This document shows positions 55,533 to 63,827 of a stretch of 64,000 bases of DNA, in pieces. The stretch comes from Candidatus Methanomethylicaceae archaeon. Its GTDB lineage: Archaea; Thermoproteota; Methanomethylicia; Methanomethylicales; Methanomethylicaceae. The notes beneath the pieces were generated by a model, which was given only the letters and a program-made list of their open reading frames with translations, made no database searches and was not told the origin of the DNA. The DNA lies in contig JACTUC010000008.1 in NCBI GenBank assembly GCA_015660995.1, forward strand, positions 10,645 through 74,644, in the 5' to 3' direction. The stretch's first letter is position 1; every line of letters begins with the position of its first letter. Both the position numbers and the translations under genes were made by a program.

Positions 55533-56273
55533 TCATTTAGGAAGGCGGAAGATGTAGACCCCCCAGCCCAAGACACCCCTCTCCCACCGAAGATAGTATT
55601 CCTTCTCCCTCCCCTTCCTCTCCATCAGCTCTGCAAGGTCGGGATCGTCAGGTTTTGCTTTGGAGTATTCGTTCACGGCATTCCACTGGAGCGTCTCGTA
55701 ATTGTCCCAGTCGTCGAGGCTGCTCTCCATGGCATAGACACAGTTGAGACTATGCTCCTCCCCGATAGCGATATTCCCGCCAAATCCACTGGCGTAGTCT
55801 TCCTTTTTTTGTGAGGTCAGTCTGAGATACTCCGGATCGGGCTCTTTCGACCAAAATGGTTCGCCTGTCACTATGAGTCCCCAAGGGACGACCATGCTCA
55901 GCAGTGCCTTCAGCGTTCTTGCATAGCCTCCGTAGATAAAACTGGCGCCAAGGCATATTGCGATGTCGAACGGAGCTTCAGGCTTATATTGAGAGCCATC
56001 CATGAGGAGGAACTTTAGGCCCGACCCAGGTACCCTCTTTCTCTGCTTTTCAAGACATTCTTCGATGGAGTAGGGGGATATGTCCACGCCCATGCCAGCA
56101 ATATTATAAAGCTCTTCTAGCCTGATGAGAGTCTCACCCTTGCCGCATCCCATATCCAGTACCCTCCCCCCTGGGCTTAGCAGTCTGCACATCCGATCAA
56201 ACTTTTCTCGGAGAAGTGGATTGCATATCAAATGGTGTCGATGCGTGATGTCATAATATTTCCAGGTGTCCAT
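55533..56273 (-). CDS. Class I SAM-dependent methyltransferase
   Basis: VLDMGCGKGE (motif I), GVDISPY (motif II), LLMDGSQY. Confidence 0.75.
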   Translation of the reverse strand: MDTWKYYDITHRHHLICNPLLREKFDRMCRLLSPGGRVLDMGCGKGETLIRLEELYNIAGMGVDISPYSIEECLEKQRKRVPGSGLKFLLMDGSQYKPEAPFDIAICLGASFIYGGYARTLKALLSMVVPWGLIVTGEPFWSKEPDPEYLRLTSQKKEDYASGFGGNIAIGEEHSLNCVYAMESSLDDWDNYETLQWNAVNEYSKAKPDDPDLAELMERKGREKEYYLRWERGVLGWGVYIFRLPK

Positions 56274-56354
56274 GATGAAAACTCGGATACAATCTGTATT
56301 AAAGTCTACTTTCTTATCATTGAGTTGGATATGGAAAATAGAAAGTAAGTTATT

Positions 56355-56388
56355 GTGTGTGTGGGGTAAATTTTAATCCCCCACACAC
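56355..56388. repeat. Full island palindrome (GTGTGTGTGGGGTAAATTTTAATCCCCCACACAC)
   Basis: Near-perfect inverted repeat around an A/T core, upstream of the MTase gene 55533..56273. Confidence 0.7.
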
Positions 56389-56402
56389 GCTGTTCGATCT
56401 AG

Positions 56403-56855
56403 CTATCGTAATCCTTTCTCCATAGTATTTACCAGAGAGTTTACTACCCGTTTTTGAACTACTCCCTTGGCTGCCTGTTTCGCAACTGATAACCTATCGT
56501 GGAGAATCGTGTGTTGCTTAATTTTGCCATCATCAATTTCATAGATACAGATCCCAAGCGTTTCATATTTCATGCCTTGATAGGAAACTGCCTCTAGCAT
56601 GTACTCGTAAACAGCCTTATTGCCATTTACCACAAGTCCTATTCCAGCATCCTTAAACTTTACCTGACGATTCATCTTGAAAGCCCAAGTCAAATAGCGC
56701 TTCACTTCCGCCTTGCCTTTGAACATTCCCTCGGGAACTTGCCAGACAGTGTCTTCTGTAAAAAAGGAAAGTGTGCCATCCACATCCAGCTTCATGTATG
56801 CATCATGAAAATTGCGTATAAGCGTCTCAACATTCTTCTCAGACGTATCACTCAC
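56403..56855 (-). CDS. SnoaL-like / NTF2-fold protein
   Basis: FHDAYMKLDVDGTLSFFTEDTVWQ is a typical SnoaL/ketosteroid-isomerase-like N-terminus. Confidence 0.55.
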   Translation of the reverse strand: MSDTSEKNVETLIRNFHDAYMKLDVDGTLSFFTEDTVWQVPEGMFKGKAEVKRYLTWAFKMNRQVKFKDAGIGLVVNGNKAVYEYMLEAVSYQGMKYETLGICIYEIDDGKIKQHTILHDRLSVAKQAAKGVVQKRVVNSLVNTMEKGLR

Positions 56856-57052
56856 CTCCTACTAACGACCATCTTCCGCGGCTTCCTCCCTCCCATAATC
56901 CGAAATGCAATCTATCACGAGGGGCGCCCTTCATTTTTTCACTCACTACATTCTATTATGGGAAGTGTGATATACGCTACACGTAACACCAGCCAAGAGA
57001 GAAATGGTTACTCACTAGTAACCATAGTTAGTAGTTAGTCGTCAGTCAGTAG

Positions 57053-57087
57053 TGTGTGTGGTAAAAATTTAACCCCCCACACACACT
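57053..57087. repeat. Full island palindrome (GTGTGTGTGGTAAAAATTTAACCCCCCACACACAC)
   Basis: Divergent intergenic region between 56403..56855(-) and 57115(+). A further half-copy lies at 57137-57172. Confidence 0.7.
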
Positions 57088-57114
57088 GGATAATAGAAAT
57101 TATGCAAAAACCCA

Positions 57115-57630
57115 GTGAGATTGAATTTCATTTTTTTTATAATTTCGCATGTGTGTTTGGGTTTGGGATTAGATTATATATGCTATGGAAACAAAGATGA
57201 AATCGGTGATTTCGTGCCTATACCTAAAGAAGTTCAGGATGTGTACAATGATCCTGCAGCCATAAAGGTGCTCGCCACAAGATCCGGAGACGACCTTCAT
57301 GTGATACCCTTGGGCTCACTCAGGGTAATGGATGCCAACACCATAGTCTGCGCCTCGATACACATGCGGGAGGCCCACGAGAACCTTCGTGTTGCAGCCG
57401 AGACTGGAGCGAAAATTTCCACCTTGGCAGTAAAGACTGGACCAGGAGGACCGCCGCAGGCGTATCAGGTAAGATGTCGCGTGAAGGCATTCGTGACCTC
57501 TGGTCCCCTCTTCGAAGTGATGAATGAGAACCTTAAAAAAAGAGGGATGGAAATGCGCGGCGTGTGGATCCTTGAGCCTTTGGAAGTCTTGGACCAGTTC
57601 GGACCGAACGCTGGCAAGAAGATTGCATAG
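57115..57630 (+). CDS. Hypothetical protein (true start probably downstream, about 57200-57230)
   Basis: The first 25 codons overlap a copy of the island palindrome (CATGTGTGTTTGGGTTTGGGATTAGATT) and look non-coding. The remaining roughly 130 aa have a beta-rich, split-barrel-like character. Confidence 0.35.
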   Translation: MRLNFIFFIISHVCLGLGLDYICYGNKDEIGDFVPIPKEVQDVYNDPAAIKVLATRSGDDLHVIPLGSLRVMDANTIVCASIHMREAHENLRVAAETGAKISTLAVKTGPGGPPQAYQVRCRVKAFVTSGPLFEVMNENLKKRGMEMRGVWILEPLEVLDQFGPNAGKKIA

Positions 57631-57641
57631 TGCCGTTGCCA

Positions 57642-57665
57642 GGTGTTTGTGGGATTAAAATTTAA
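57642..57665. repeat. Island motif half-copy (GTGTTTGTGGGATTAAAATTTAAC)
   Basis: Downstream of the 57115..57630 gene. Confidence 0.5.
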
Positions 57666-57947
57666 CTTTTTTTTAATTCAACCGCATACATCTTTGGATA
57701 ATGATATAAGAATGGCTGATTGGAAACTACTATCCGAAAGGAAGAACATCATTCATGAGGAGGTATAGATACGAAATGGACAACTAGAATAGTAATCATA
57801 GTCGTACTAACAATAATAGTAATACTAATAGCAATGGGAATACATCAGGGATGGTTGTAAAGTTATAAATACAAATGCTAATGGAGATAGCATCTTTCTT
57901 CCTGCATTCTCTACAATGTAACATTCTATGCTTTCTAGGTGTGTGTG

Positions 57948-57980
57948 GGATTAAATTTTAATACCACAAACTCTAGGTGA
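57948..57980. repeat. Island palindrome copy (GTGTGTGTGGGATTAAATTTTAATACCACAAAC)
   Basis: Upstream of the DUF1294 gene. Confidence 0.6.
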
Positions 57981-58010
57981 TGCGATAACGTTGAACCTTC
58001 GCAACAATCC

Positions 58011-58295
58011 TTGGCTGGCATGACGAACATGTTGCAAGTTCCCCCTCTGCTGATTCTCCTCGCGATCGTTAATACTGTATCACTTGTGTTTTTCGGGGTG
58101 GACAAATGGAGGAGCATGACGGGAGGCTGGAGGGTTCCGGAATCGAGGCTTCTGCTGGTTGCATTCTTTGGACCGTTCGGGGCCTACGTTGGCATGTTAA
58201 TTTTTAGGCACAAGACCCGCAAGGTCAAGTTCCTTCTGGTCCCGATCTTCCTGGTTCTCCAGTTATTATTGATATTATACCTTCACCTCATCTGA
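58011..58295 (+). CDS. DUF1294-family small membrane protein
   Basis: FGVDKWRS..GGWRVPESRLLLVAFFGPFGAYVGMLIFRHKTRK is a DUF1294 signature. Confidence 0.55.
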   Translation: MAGMTNMLQVPPLLILLAIVNTVSLVFFGVDKWRSMTGGWRVPESRLLLVAFFGPFGAYVGMLIFRHKTRKVKFLLVPIFLVLQLLLILYLHLI

Positions 58296-58461
58296 GGCGG
58301 TTCATGCATCACAGGCACACCTATGCGCGTAAATCACTTATGTTTCGCGAAGCAATAGAATCGCCAGTCTTTAGTCTCTCTCTCCCGAAACTGAACTTCT
58401 CTAACTAATGACCATCGCTTTCACATCAATTTGATGATCCCGGAGCGAAAATTAGGCGAAA

Positions 58462-58701
58462 GTGATAGTATTAGGATCGGGTGCGAGAATGACCTTAGCT
58501 GAAGACCCTGTCCTTTCCAACGACGTTTTTTTTAACGGCGGCTACAAGTGCCTGAAATGCGGCAAGTGGTGCCGGTCCTGGCATGGATTCAGGATCCACT
58601 ACAGCAAGAGGCATATCGCGCACCCCATTAAACCCAAGCCAGAACCTAAGCCCCTGACCTTGTGGGATCTGAGGTACGGTGGGAAGAAGTGGAATCAGTG
58701 A
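58462..58701 (+). CDS. Small C2H2-like zinc-finger protein
   Basis: YKCLKCGKWCRSWHGFRIHYSKRH fits C-x2-C-x12-H-x4-H. Basic PKPEPKP tail. Confidence 0.45.
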   Translation: MIVLGSGARMTLAEDPVLSNDVFFNGGYKCLKCGKWCRSWHGFRIHYSKRHIAHPIKPKPEPKPLTLWDLRYGGKKWNQ

Positions 58702-58709
58702 AATGCTGC

Positions 58710-58808
58710 ATGTGTGGCGGACGAGGCAGGATCTGGGTTGCAGGAGTCAGCCCTTGGCCTTGTGAGAATTGCAGAGGAAGGGGAATGATTTACAATTGTC
58801 CAAATTAA
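58710..58808 (+). CDS. Candidate 32-aa DnaJ-type zinc-finger mini-protein (two CxxCxGxG repeats)
   Basis: Hand translation gives MCGGRGRIWVAGVSPWPCENCRGRGMIYNCPN. CCMCGGRG (including the two upstream in-frame Cys codons) and CENCRGRG both fit CxxCxGxG. A possible GTG start at 58698 overlaps the stop of the preceding gene. Confidence 0.3.
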   Translation: MCGGRGRIWVAGVSPWPCENCRGRGMIYNCPN

Positions 58809-58974
58809 GACCTTAAAGCTGAAGGCAATGCCTGACTATATGATAAAGAGAGAACATACACGGACTTGTCTTAACGGAATACAGGAAAAAACCTGATCAA
58901 GCCACCAGCGTCGTTTCTTCTTGAGTCCAGAAATCCTTCGAATTGACTAAATCAACGTTGAGTTTCATTACAAT

Positions 58975-59502
58975 TTACTGGTGGCTTTGCCTCTCTGTGA
59001 CTTCTGTGTGCTCGATTACGATCATCGCTCCGATAACAAATCGGTGATCCACTTCTCCTGTTATCGAAATTCCAAACTGATCTCTTACCGAGACCCACTT
59101 CTTGTGTATGGAAGCGACCTGAACCCCATTGACCTCCATCTGATAGTCGTGCTCTGTGAAATTACCGTAGATGCGCATATACTCAACTCCGTCTCTTTCT
59201 ACCCAGTACTCTTCACCAATCAACTTGACTATCTTCTTCTTTATGGTTCCGAGTTCTGCTCTGGCATCATCATAGAAAGTGAACTGATTTCGAAACGACA
59301 ATACCTTCCCTTCGAGGTGCATCCGCTCTGAACCAGAGGCATCGATCACGACAAACTTGGCGGGGAGCTGAAATAGATTGCCATCAGCCTCTCCCAATTT
59401 CGTCCCCGTCCTATCCTCCATGTCATAATGCTCACGCACAGACAGGATCTTCTTTGTTAACACCAGATCATTGGTCTCAAAGAGAGAATTTGCGCTGCTC
59501 AT
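58975..59502 (-). CDS. LURP-one-related / tubby-C-terminal-like (DUF567) protein
   Basis: Size and alternating beta pattern (KFVVIDASGSERMHLEGKVLSFRNQFTFYDD...) fit the LOR family. Confidence 0.45.
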   Translation of the reverse strand: MSSANSLFETNDLVLTKKILSVREHYDMEDRTGTKLGEADGNLFQLPAKFVVIDASGSERMHLEGKVLSFRNQFTFYDDARAELGTIKKKIVKLIGEEYWVERDGVEYMRIYGNFTEHDYQMEVNGVQVASIHKKWVSVRDQFGISITGEVDHRFVIGAMIVIEHTEVTERQSHQ

Positions 59503-59675
59503 TCGCTCACCAAGTATACGATGTAGTGCGTTAAAACTAAAGCTTTTCTTGTACGCATGAGTGTTCCCTCAAATCTTGGGTTAACAGCAATGAGCTAACC
59601 AATATAAGCCTAAGAGAATTTGGATACTGTCAGAAGCCGGACAAGCTAACAACCCCAAAGCAACGATGGTCTGGT

Positions 59676-60467
59676 ATGATTATGAGATTCTATGAGGAAT
59701 TTGCAGAAAAATACGATAGACTGGTTTCGTGGGAGAACCGTTTCAAAAGAGAATCTGGATTCTATCAGAAGTTGTTTTCCGAAAACAAGGTGAGAACTGT
59801 TCTCGATTGTGCCTGCGGAACAGGGCAACATGTGATAATGTTCAACCAGATGGGATACAAAGCCAAAGGATCGGATTTGTCTCCAGCGATGCTGAGGAAA
59901 GCTAAAATTAACTCAAAGGCACATGGCGTCAATCCTGAATTCATAATATCCGATTTCAGGGATTTGACTCGCAACTTTGATGAGAAATTCGACGCGATTA
60001 TTTGTGTTGGAAATTCTCTCCCCCACCTATTATCTGATAAGGATTTGACCAAAGCATTGAGAGAGATGTACAGGCTCCTGAATAATAATGGTATACTAGT
60101 TCTGCAACAAAGGAATTACGATAGATTGGTAAAAACACAAATGCGATTTTTTCCGGTCTCGATGAGAGAAGATGAGGTCTTTTTCTATGTTCTAGATTAC
60201 TTTCCAAAAAAGATTGTTTTCAACGTCGTAGACCTAGAGACCAAAGCCAAGGCATTCAAAGTATATTCTACAGAGTACAATCCGCTAAGAAAAGACAATT
60301 TGATTAAACTCCTCAGGAAGGTTGGCTTTAGGGGGATGAATCTCTATGAAGATTTTCAATTCAAAAAATATGATACAGATGAGAGTGATGACTTGATTGT
60401 TGTCTGTAAGAAGGGTACTGTCAAGTCTTCGGTCGATGATAATGCCCCTAACGACATTTTGGCTTAA
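59676..60467 (+). CDS. Class I SAM-dependent methyltransferase
   Basis: VLDCACGTGQH (motif I), GSDLSPAM, AIICVGNSLPHL. Confidence 0.75.
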   Translation: MIMRFYEEFAEKYDRLVSWENRFKRESGFYQKLFSENKVRTVLDCACGTGQHVIMFNQMGYKAKGSDLSPAMLRKAKINSKAHGVNPEFIISDFRDLTRNFDEKFDAIICVGNSLPHLLSDKDLTKALREMYRLLNNNGILVLQQRNYDRLVKTQMRFFPVSMREDEVFFYVLDYFPKKIVFNVVDLETKAKAFKVYSTEYNPLRKDNLIKLLRKVGFRGMNLYEDFQFKKYDTDESDDLIVVCKKGTVKSSVDDNAPNDILA

Positions 60468-60500
60468 TGCCATAAAGTTGCGGAGTTGTTCCAGAAGATC

Positions 60501-60905
60501 TCAATAGGTCATGTTGAAATCTTGCGTAATTGTTTTCCCATTCTCATTCACTATTATTTTCATTTCGATGGTGTCCCCAGTCTGGAACGGAGTGGCTGTC
60601 ATAGCTGTTTGGCCAGTAGTAAATTTAAAATTACCAAAAAAATCTGTTGCAGCATACCAGTTATATCCTCCAGTAAGGAAATTTCCGTTTATAAATATCG
60701 TATAATTCATTGGCAAGTCTGCATCCCTTGAGTAAAGATGACCTGTTACGTTGAAACCAATAGATGGATAGGAATCCACAAATCCTTTTTGCGGTGTCAC
60801 CTGGATACTTTCCGGCGCAAGGTAGGGGAGAAAATAGGCAACAGATACGATTACAACTACTGCTAATATTACCACTGCTAATGCGAATTTTGAGTTTCTT
60901 TTCAT
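60501..60905 (-). CDS. Small N-terminally anchored extracellular protein
   Basis: Signal anchor FALAVVILAVVVIVSVAYFL and several NxT sequons. Same architecture as the 55098 protein. Confidence 0.4.
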   Translation of the reverse strand: MKRNSKFALAVVILAVVVIVSVAYFLPYLAPESIQVTPQKGFVDSYPSIGFNVTGHLYSRDADLPMNYTIFINGNFLTGGYNWYAATDFFGNFKFTTGQTAMTATPFQTGDTIEMKIIVNENGKTITQDFNMTY

Positions 60906-61031
60906 TTTTGTCTATGATATAATGTGCGTTGCTTCGGTAAATTCCTTTATGTTGTAGATGTCCGAGTGATAAATCTCGGGCAAAAATACGGCAAAGACCT
61001 TTATCGTATAGTTGACTGCCAAATTGAATTT

Positions 61032-61499
61032 CTATCGACTGAGGTCTTTCTCCATCGCTTTCGCTAATGATTTCCACCCCAACGAATCTTCCTTCGCTAA
61101 TTCATTAGCCATCAAAGCGATTCTAACCGGTGTGGGTTTTTTGCTGTTGTAGTAGACCTGGGAGCCGGTAAAATCCAGACGTGAGCCTTTTTCACCATCT
61201 GGAACTATCTGGTAAAGGAACTGGGAATGTCTTCCATCAGCACTTAATCGAGTGTTAGTCCAGAAGAGGCATTCAGGATAGAGCCTCACAAGCCTTTTCT
61301 TTACTGTCTTTCTTTCTTTCCCGAAAAGAGTGTCCGTTAGGACAAGCGTATCATCGTTGATTCGCTGGATCTGCCGCTTGCCTTTCGAGCCCATCAGCAC
61401 GATGTCATCGGTTTGGTAGTCGGTGCACCATCGGTAAGCATCTTGAGCTGGGAAGTTGAAGTGTTGGCTGAATTTGTAATGTACAGAATATGCTATCAT
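61032..61499 (-). CDS. SRPBCC (Bet v1/START-like, polyketide-cyclase-like) protein
   Basis: Length and N-terminal pattern (YSVHYKFSQHFNFPAQDAYRWCTDYQ) fit the SRPBCC superfamily. Confidence 0.4.
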   Translation of the reverse strand: MIAYSVHYKFSQHFNFPAQDAYRWCTDYQTDDIVLMGSKGKRQIQRINDDTLVLTDTLFGKERKTVKKRLVRLYPECLFWTNTRLSADGRHSQFLYQIVPDGEKGSRLDFTGSQVYYNSKKPTPVRIALMANELAKEDSLGWKSLAKAMEKDLSR

Positions 61500-61616
61500 A
61501 AAGAAGGAGTGGGTTCCTTTTTGGATATTAAGTTTCTGCCCATATGCTCTGGCAAAGATATGAAAAAGACATTTATCGCATAGTTAGCTGTTGAATTGTG
61601 AACCCTTACCCACTAT

Positions 61617-62354
61617 TTACTTCCATTTTGTAAGTATCTCCTCCCTGCGGAATGTGGCCGTACTGATATAAAATAGAACCAAAACAAGGGCTGCCATTAT
61701 GGCGGCGATGATGAGAAGAGTGTTGGTGTCGAGTGTTATGATGCCTATCTCGCCCGCGACGTAGATACCCACAAAGGGGATAAACATGAGCGCTCCGAGT
61801 TGCGATGCAGTCCGTACATCACTGACTCTCGATGACGCGATCACATTCATCTCGATGCTTAATGTTGCTGCAAGAGGGGCGAGAAGCAGAAGGATGATGC
61901 CCATGCCCCAATTTGGATAATAAAGATAGCCCAGCTTGCTGTAAGTCAAACTATCCATGAGCACCATGAAGATTGCAGCACCTGCATAGGTAGCGGCGAT
62001 GGAAGGAATGAATGCAGCTATGCTTTTTCCTAGAAGGATCTCTCCATCGGTGATGGGAGTGGCCAGAAGTGGCTCTAGGCTCTTCTCAACCTTCTCGCCG
62101 ACTATACTGTAAGAGGCTATTGGTGTAGGAATGATCGCTGGGATGATAACGTAGAAGAATGCAAATGCACTTAGTAGTACGGGGAGATACGCAGCGGGGA
62201 TTCCCCCGGACTTCTGTCCGGAGAGCTCGATTACCACTGGAAAAAGAATCGAGATGATGAGGGGAAGCATGACGACCGTATAGAGAACCGTCCTTTTCCG
62301 TATGATTACCTTGAGGTCCTTGGCTGCAATAATCCACGATTTCCGTAGTCTCAT
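61617..62354 (-). CDS. ABC-2 family transporter permease
   Basis: Six TM helices. The MRLRKSW start overlaps the ATPase stop by 4 nt. The ORF-track N-terminal extension is probably not translated. Confidence 0.75.
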   Translation of the reverse strand: MRLRKSWIIAAKDLKVIIRKRTVLYTVVMLPLIISILFPVVIELSGQKSGGIPAAYLPVLLSAFAFFYVIIPAIIPTPIASYSIVGEKVEKSLEPLLATPITDGEILLGKSIAAFIPSIAATYAGAAIFMVLMDSLTYSKLGYLYYPNWGMGIILLLLAPLAATLSIEMNVIASSRVSDVRTASQLGALMFIPFVGIYVAGEIGIITLDTNTLLIIAAIMAALVLVLFYISTATFRREEILTKWK

Positions 62355-63271
62355 TTTGTCTCCCTCACTAGTTTCAGATAGGCATCTTCTAATGTTGAAC
62401 CAAGCACAGTAACGGTCTGAATGTGGCCGCCAGCACCGACTATTGCGTTCACAATAGCCCAATTCTCCTTTTCAGGATTCTCTAGGTCAATCGTTAGTTT
62501 GTTGTTATCGCTCGTTATGTTACCAAGCGATAGTTTCTTTAATGCGTTCAGAATCGTGTCATTTACTTGGTCCAACTGAATTACGGTCTTCCTGCCCCCA
62601 ATGGACCCCTCGAGCTCTTTCGGAGTGCCTATTGCCATGAGCTTGGTATTCAATATTCCAATCTTGTCGCAGATCCTTTGAGCTTCATCGAGGTTATGGG
62701 TGTTCAGAAAAATGGTCTTCTTCTCCTTTTTCAGCTCAAGGATGAAGTCCCTGACCGTCTTTGCTGATTCTGGGTCCAGGTTCACTGTTGGCTCGTCCAA
62801 GAACAATATTTCCGGTTCATGAATAAGGGCGCGGGCTATGGCAAGTTTTTGTTTCATCCCTTTGGAGAAGGTTCCAGCCGAGACATCCCTTTTATCCCAA
62901 AGCCCAAGCATCTTGAGAAACTTCTCGATGTTTTCCTTCCTTTGCGTCTCCGTACAGTCGTACAGCTTCCCGTAAAAGTCTAGGTTGTCATAGGCGCTTA
63001 AACCATCATAGAGACCGACATTATCAGGAACCAATCCGATAATCTTCCTTATCTTCATAGAATCCGCATCGTTACCTATTTCATAATCTGCTATCTTGGC
63101 CGTGCCGCTGGTCTTTGATATGAGGCAGCAGAGCATTCTCACTGTAGTGGTCTTCCCCGCTCCGTTCGGCCCAAGGAAACCGAAAATTTCTCCCTCATCA
63201 ACATGGAAGGTCAGATCCTCAACTGCAGTAAGGTTGCCAAATTTCTTTGTGAGATTTTCGGCGTCGATCAT
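62351..63271 (-). CDS. ABC transporter ATP-binding protein
   Basis: Walker A GPNGAGKTT, signature FSKGMKQKL, Walker B ILFLDEPT, H-loop. Confidence 0.9.
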   Translation of the reverse strand: MIDAENLTKKFGNLTAVEDLTFHVDEGEIFGFLGPNGAGKTTTVRMLCCLISKTSGTAKIADYEIGNDADSMKIRKIIGLVPDNVGLYDGLSAYDNLDFYGKLYDCTETQRKENIEKFLKMLGLWDKRDVSAGTFSKGMKQKLAIARALIHEPEILFLDEPTVNLDPESAKTVRDFILELKKEKKTIFLNTHNLDEAQRICDKIGILNTKLMAIGTPKELEGSIGGRKTVIQLDQVNDTILNALKKLSLGNITSDNNKLTIDLENPEKENWAIVNAIVGAGGHIQTVTVLGSTLEDAYLKLVRETK

Positions 63272-63348
63272 TAAGTAACCTTCTCGAATTAGTTGAATCG
63301 AAGTAGTAAATATGAATTCTTATTGATGACCTAACGGTGAATCCTTTT

Positions 63349-63678
63349 TTATTTGAGATGTCTGGTGATCACGCTTGGTTTTGCTCGTCTCGTAACAGAG
63401 AGGATACCGATATTAGAAACCACAAAAGGCACAAGATAGGTAAGAAATACTTTGAGCCAGACAAACCACGTGGCTCCTCCCCCTAATACGACGTCCAACT
63501 GATTTATGATAAAGAGGACAGTTCCAACTATAAGGGCTATCGTTATCGTGTTTCTTAAGTTGCTGCTTTTGCATACGATTGCCCAAGCTTCCCTGGATGT
63601 CGACCAATACTTACGATCCTCATTTCCTGATCTACCCATGTCTTCATTTAGTGGGTCAATTGGCAATGATATCACCAA
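63349..63678 (-). CDS. Small two-TM membrane protein
   Basis: Hydrophobic helices ITIALIVGTVLFII and VFLTYLVPFVVSNIGIL. No confident family. Confidence 0.3.
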   Translation of the reverse strand: MVISLPIDPLNEDMGRSGNEDRKYWSTSREAWAIVCKSSNLRNTITIALIVGTVLFIINQLDVVLGGGATWFVWLKVFLTYLVPFVVSNIGILSVTRRAKPSVITRHLK

Positions 63679-63827
63679 GCTATTAGGTTAATTTCCTATT
63701 ATTATGCTATTACTTCGTTGGTGCAGCATAGGATTGGCTTTGTCGATGCAGCTCAGCGCGTTTCTCACCTAACATTTATCATTGCAAGACGATTAACATA
63801 AATAGTTCCAAATGTTGAGCGGAGTCG

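Noticed and set aside
40251-57980. Could the repeated palindromes be a CRISPR array or IS terminal inverted repeats?
   Set aside because: Copies are dispersed over 17 kb with irregular multi-kb spacing and always intergenic. I found no cas genes, no transposase gene, and no paired direct repeats flanking a transposase-sized unit.
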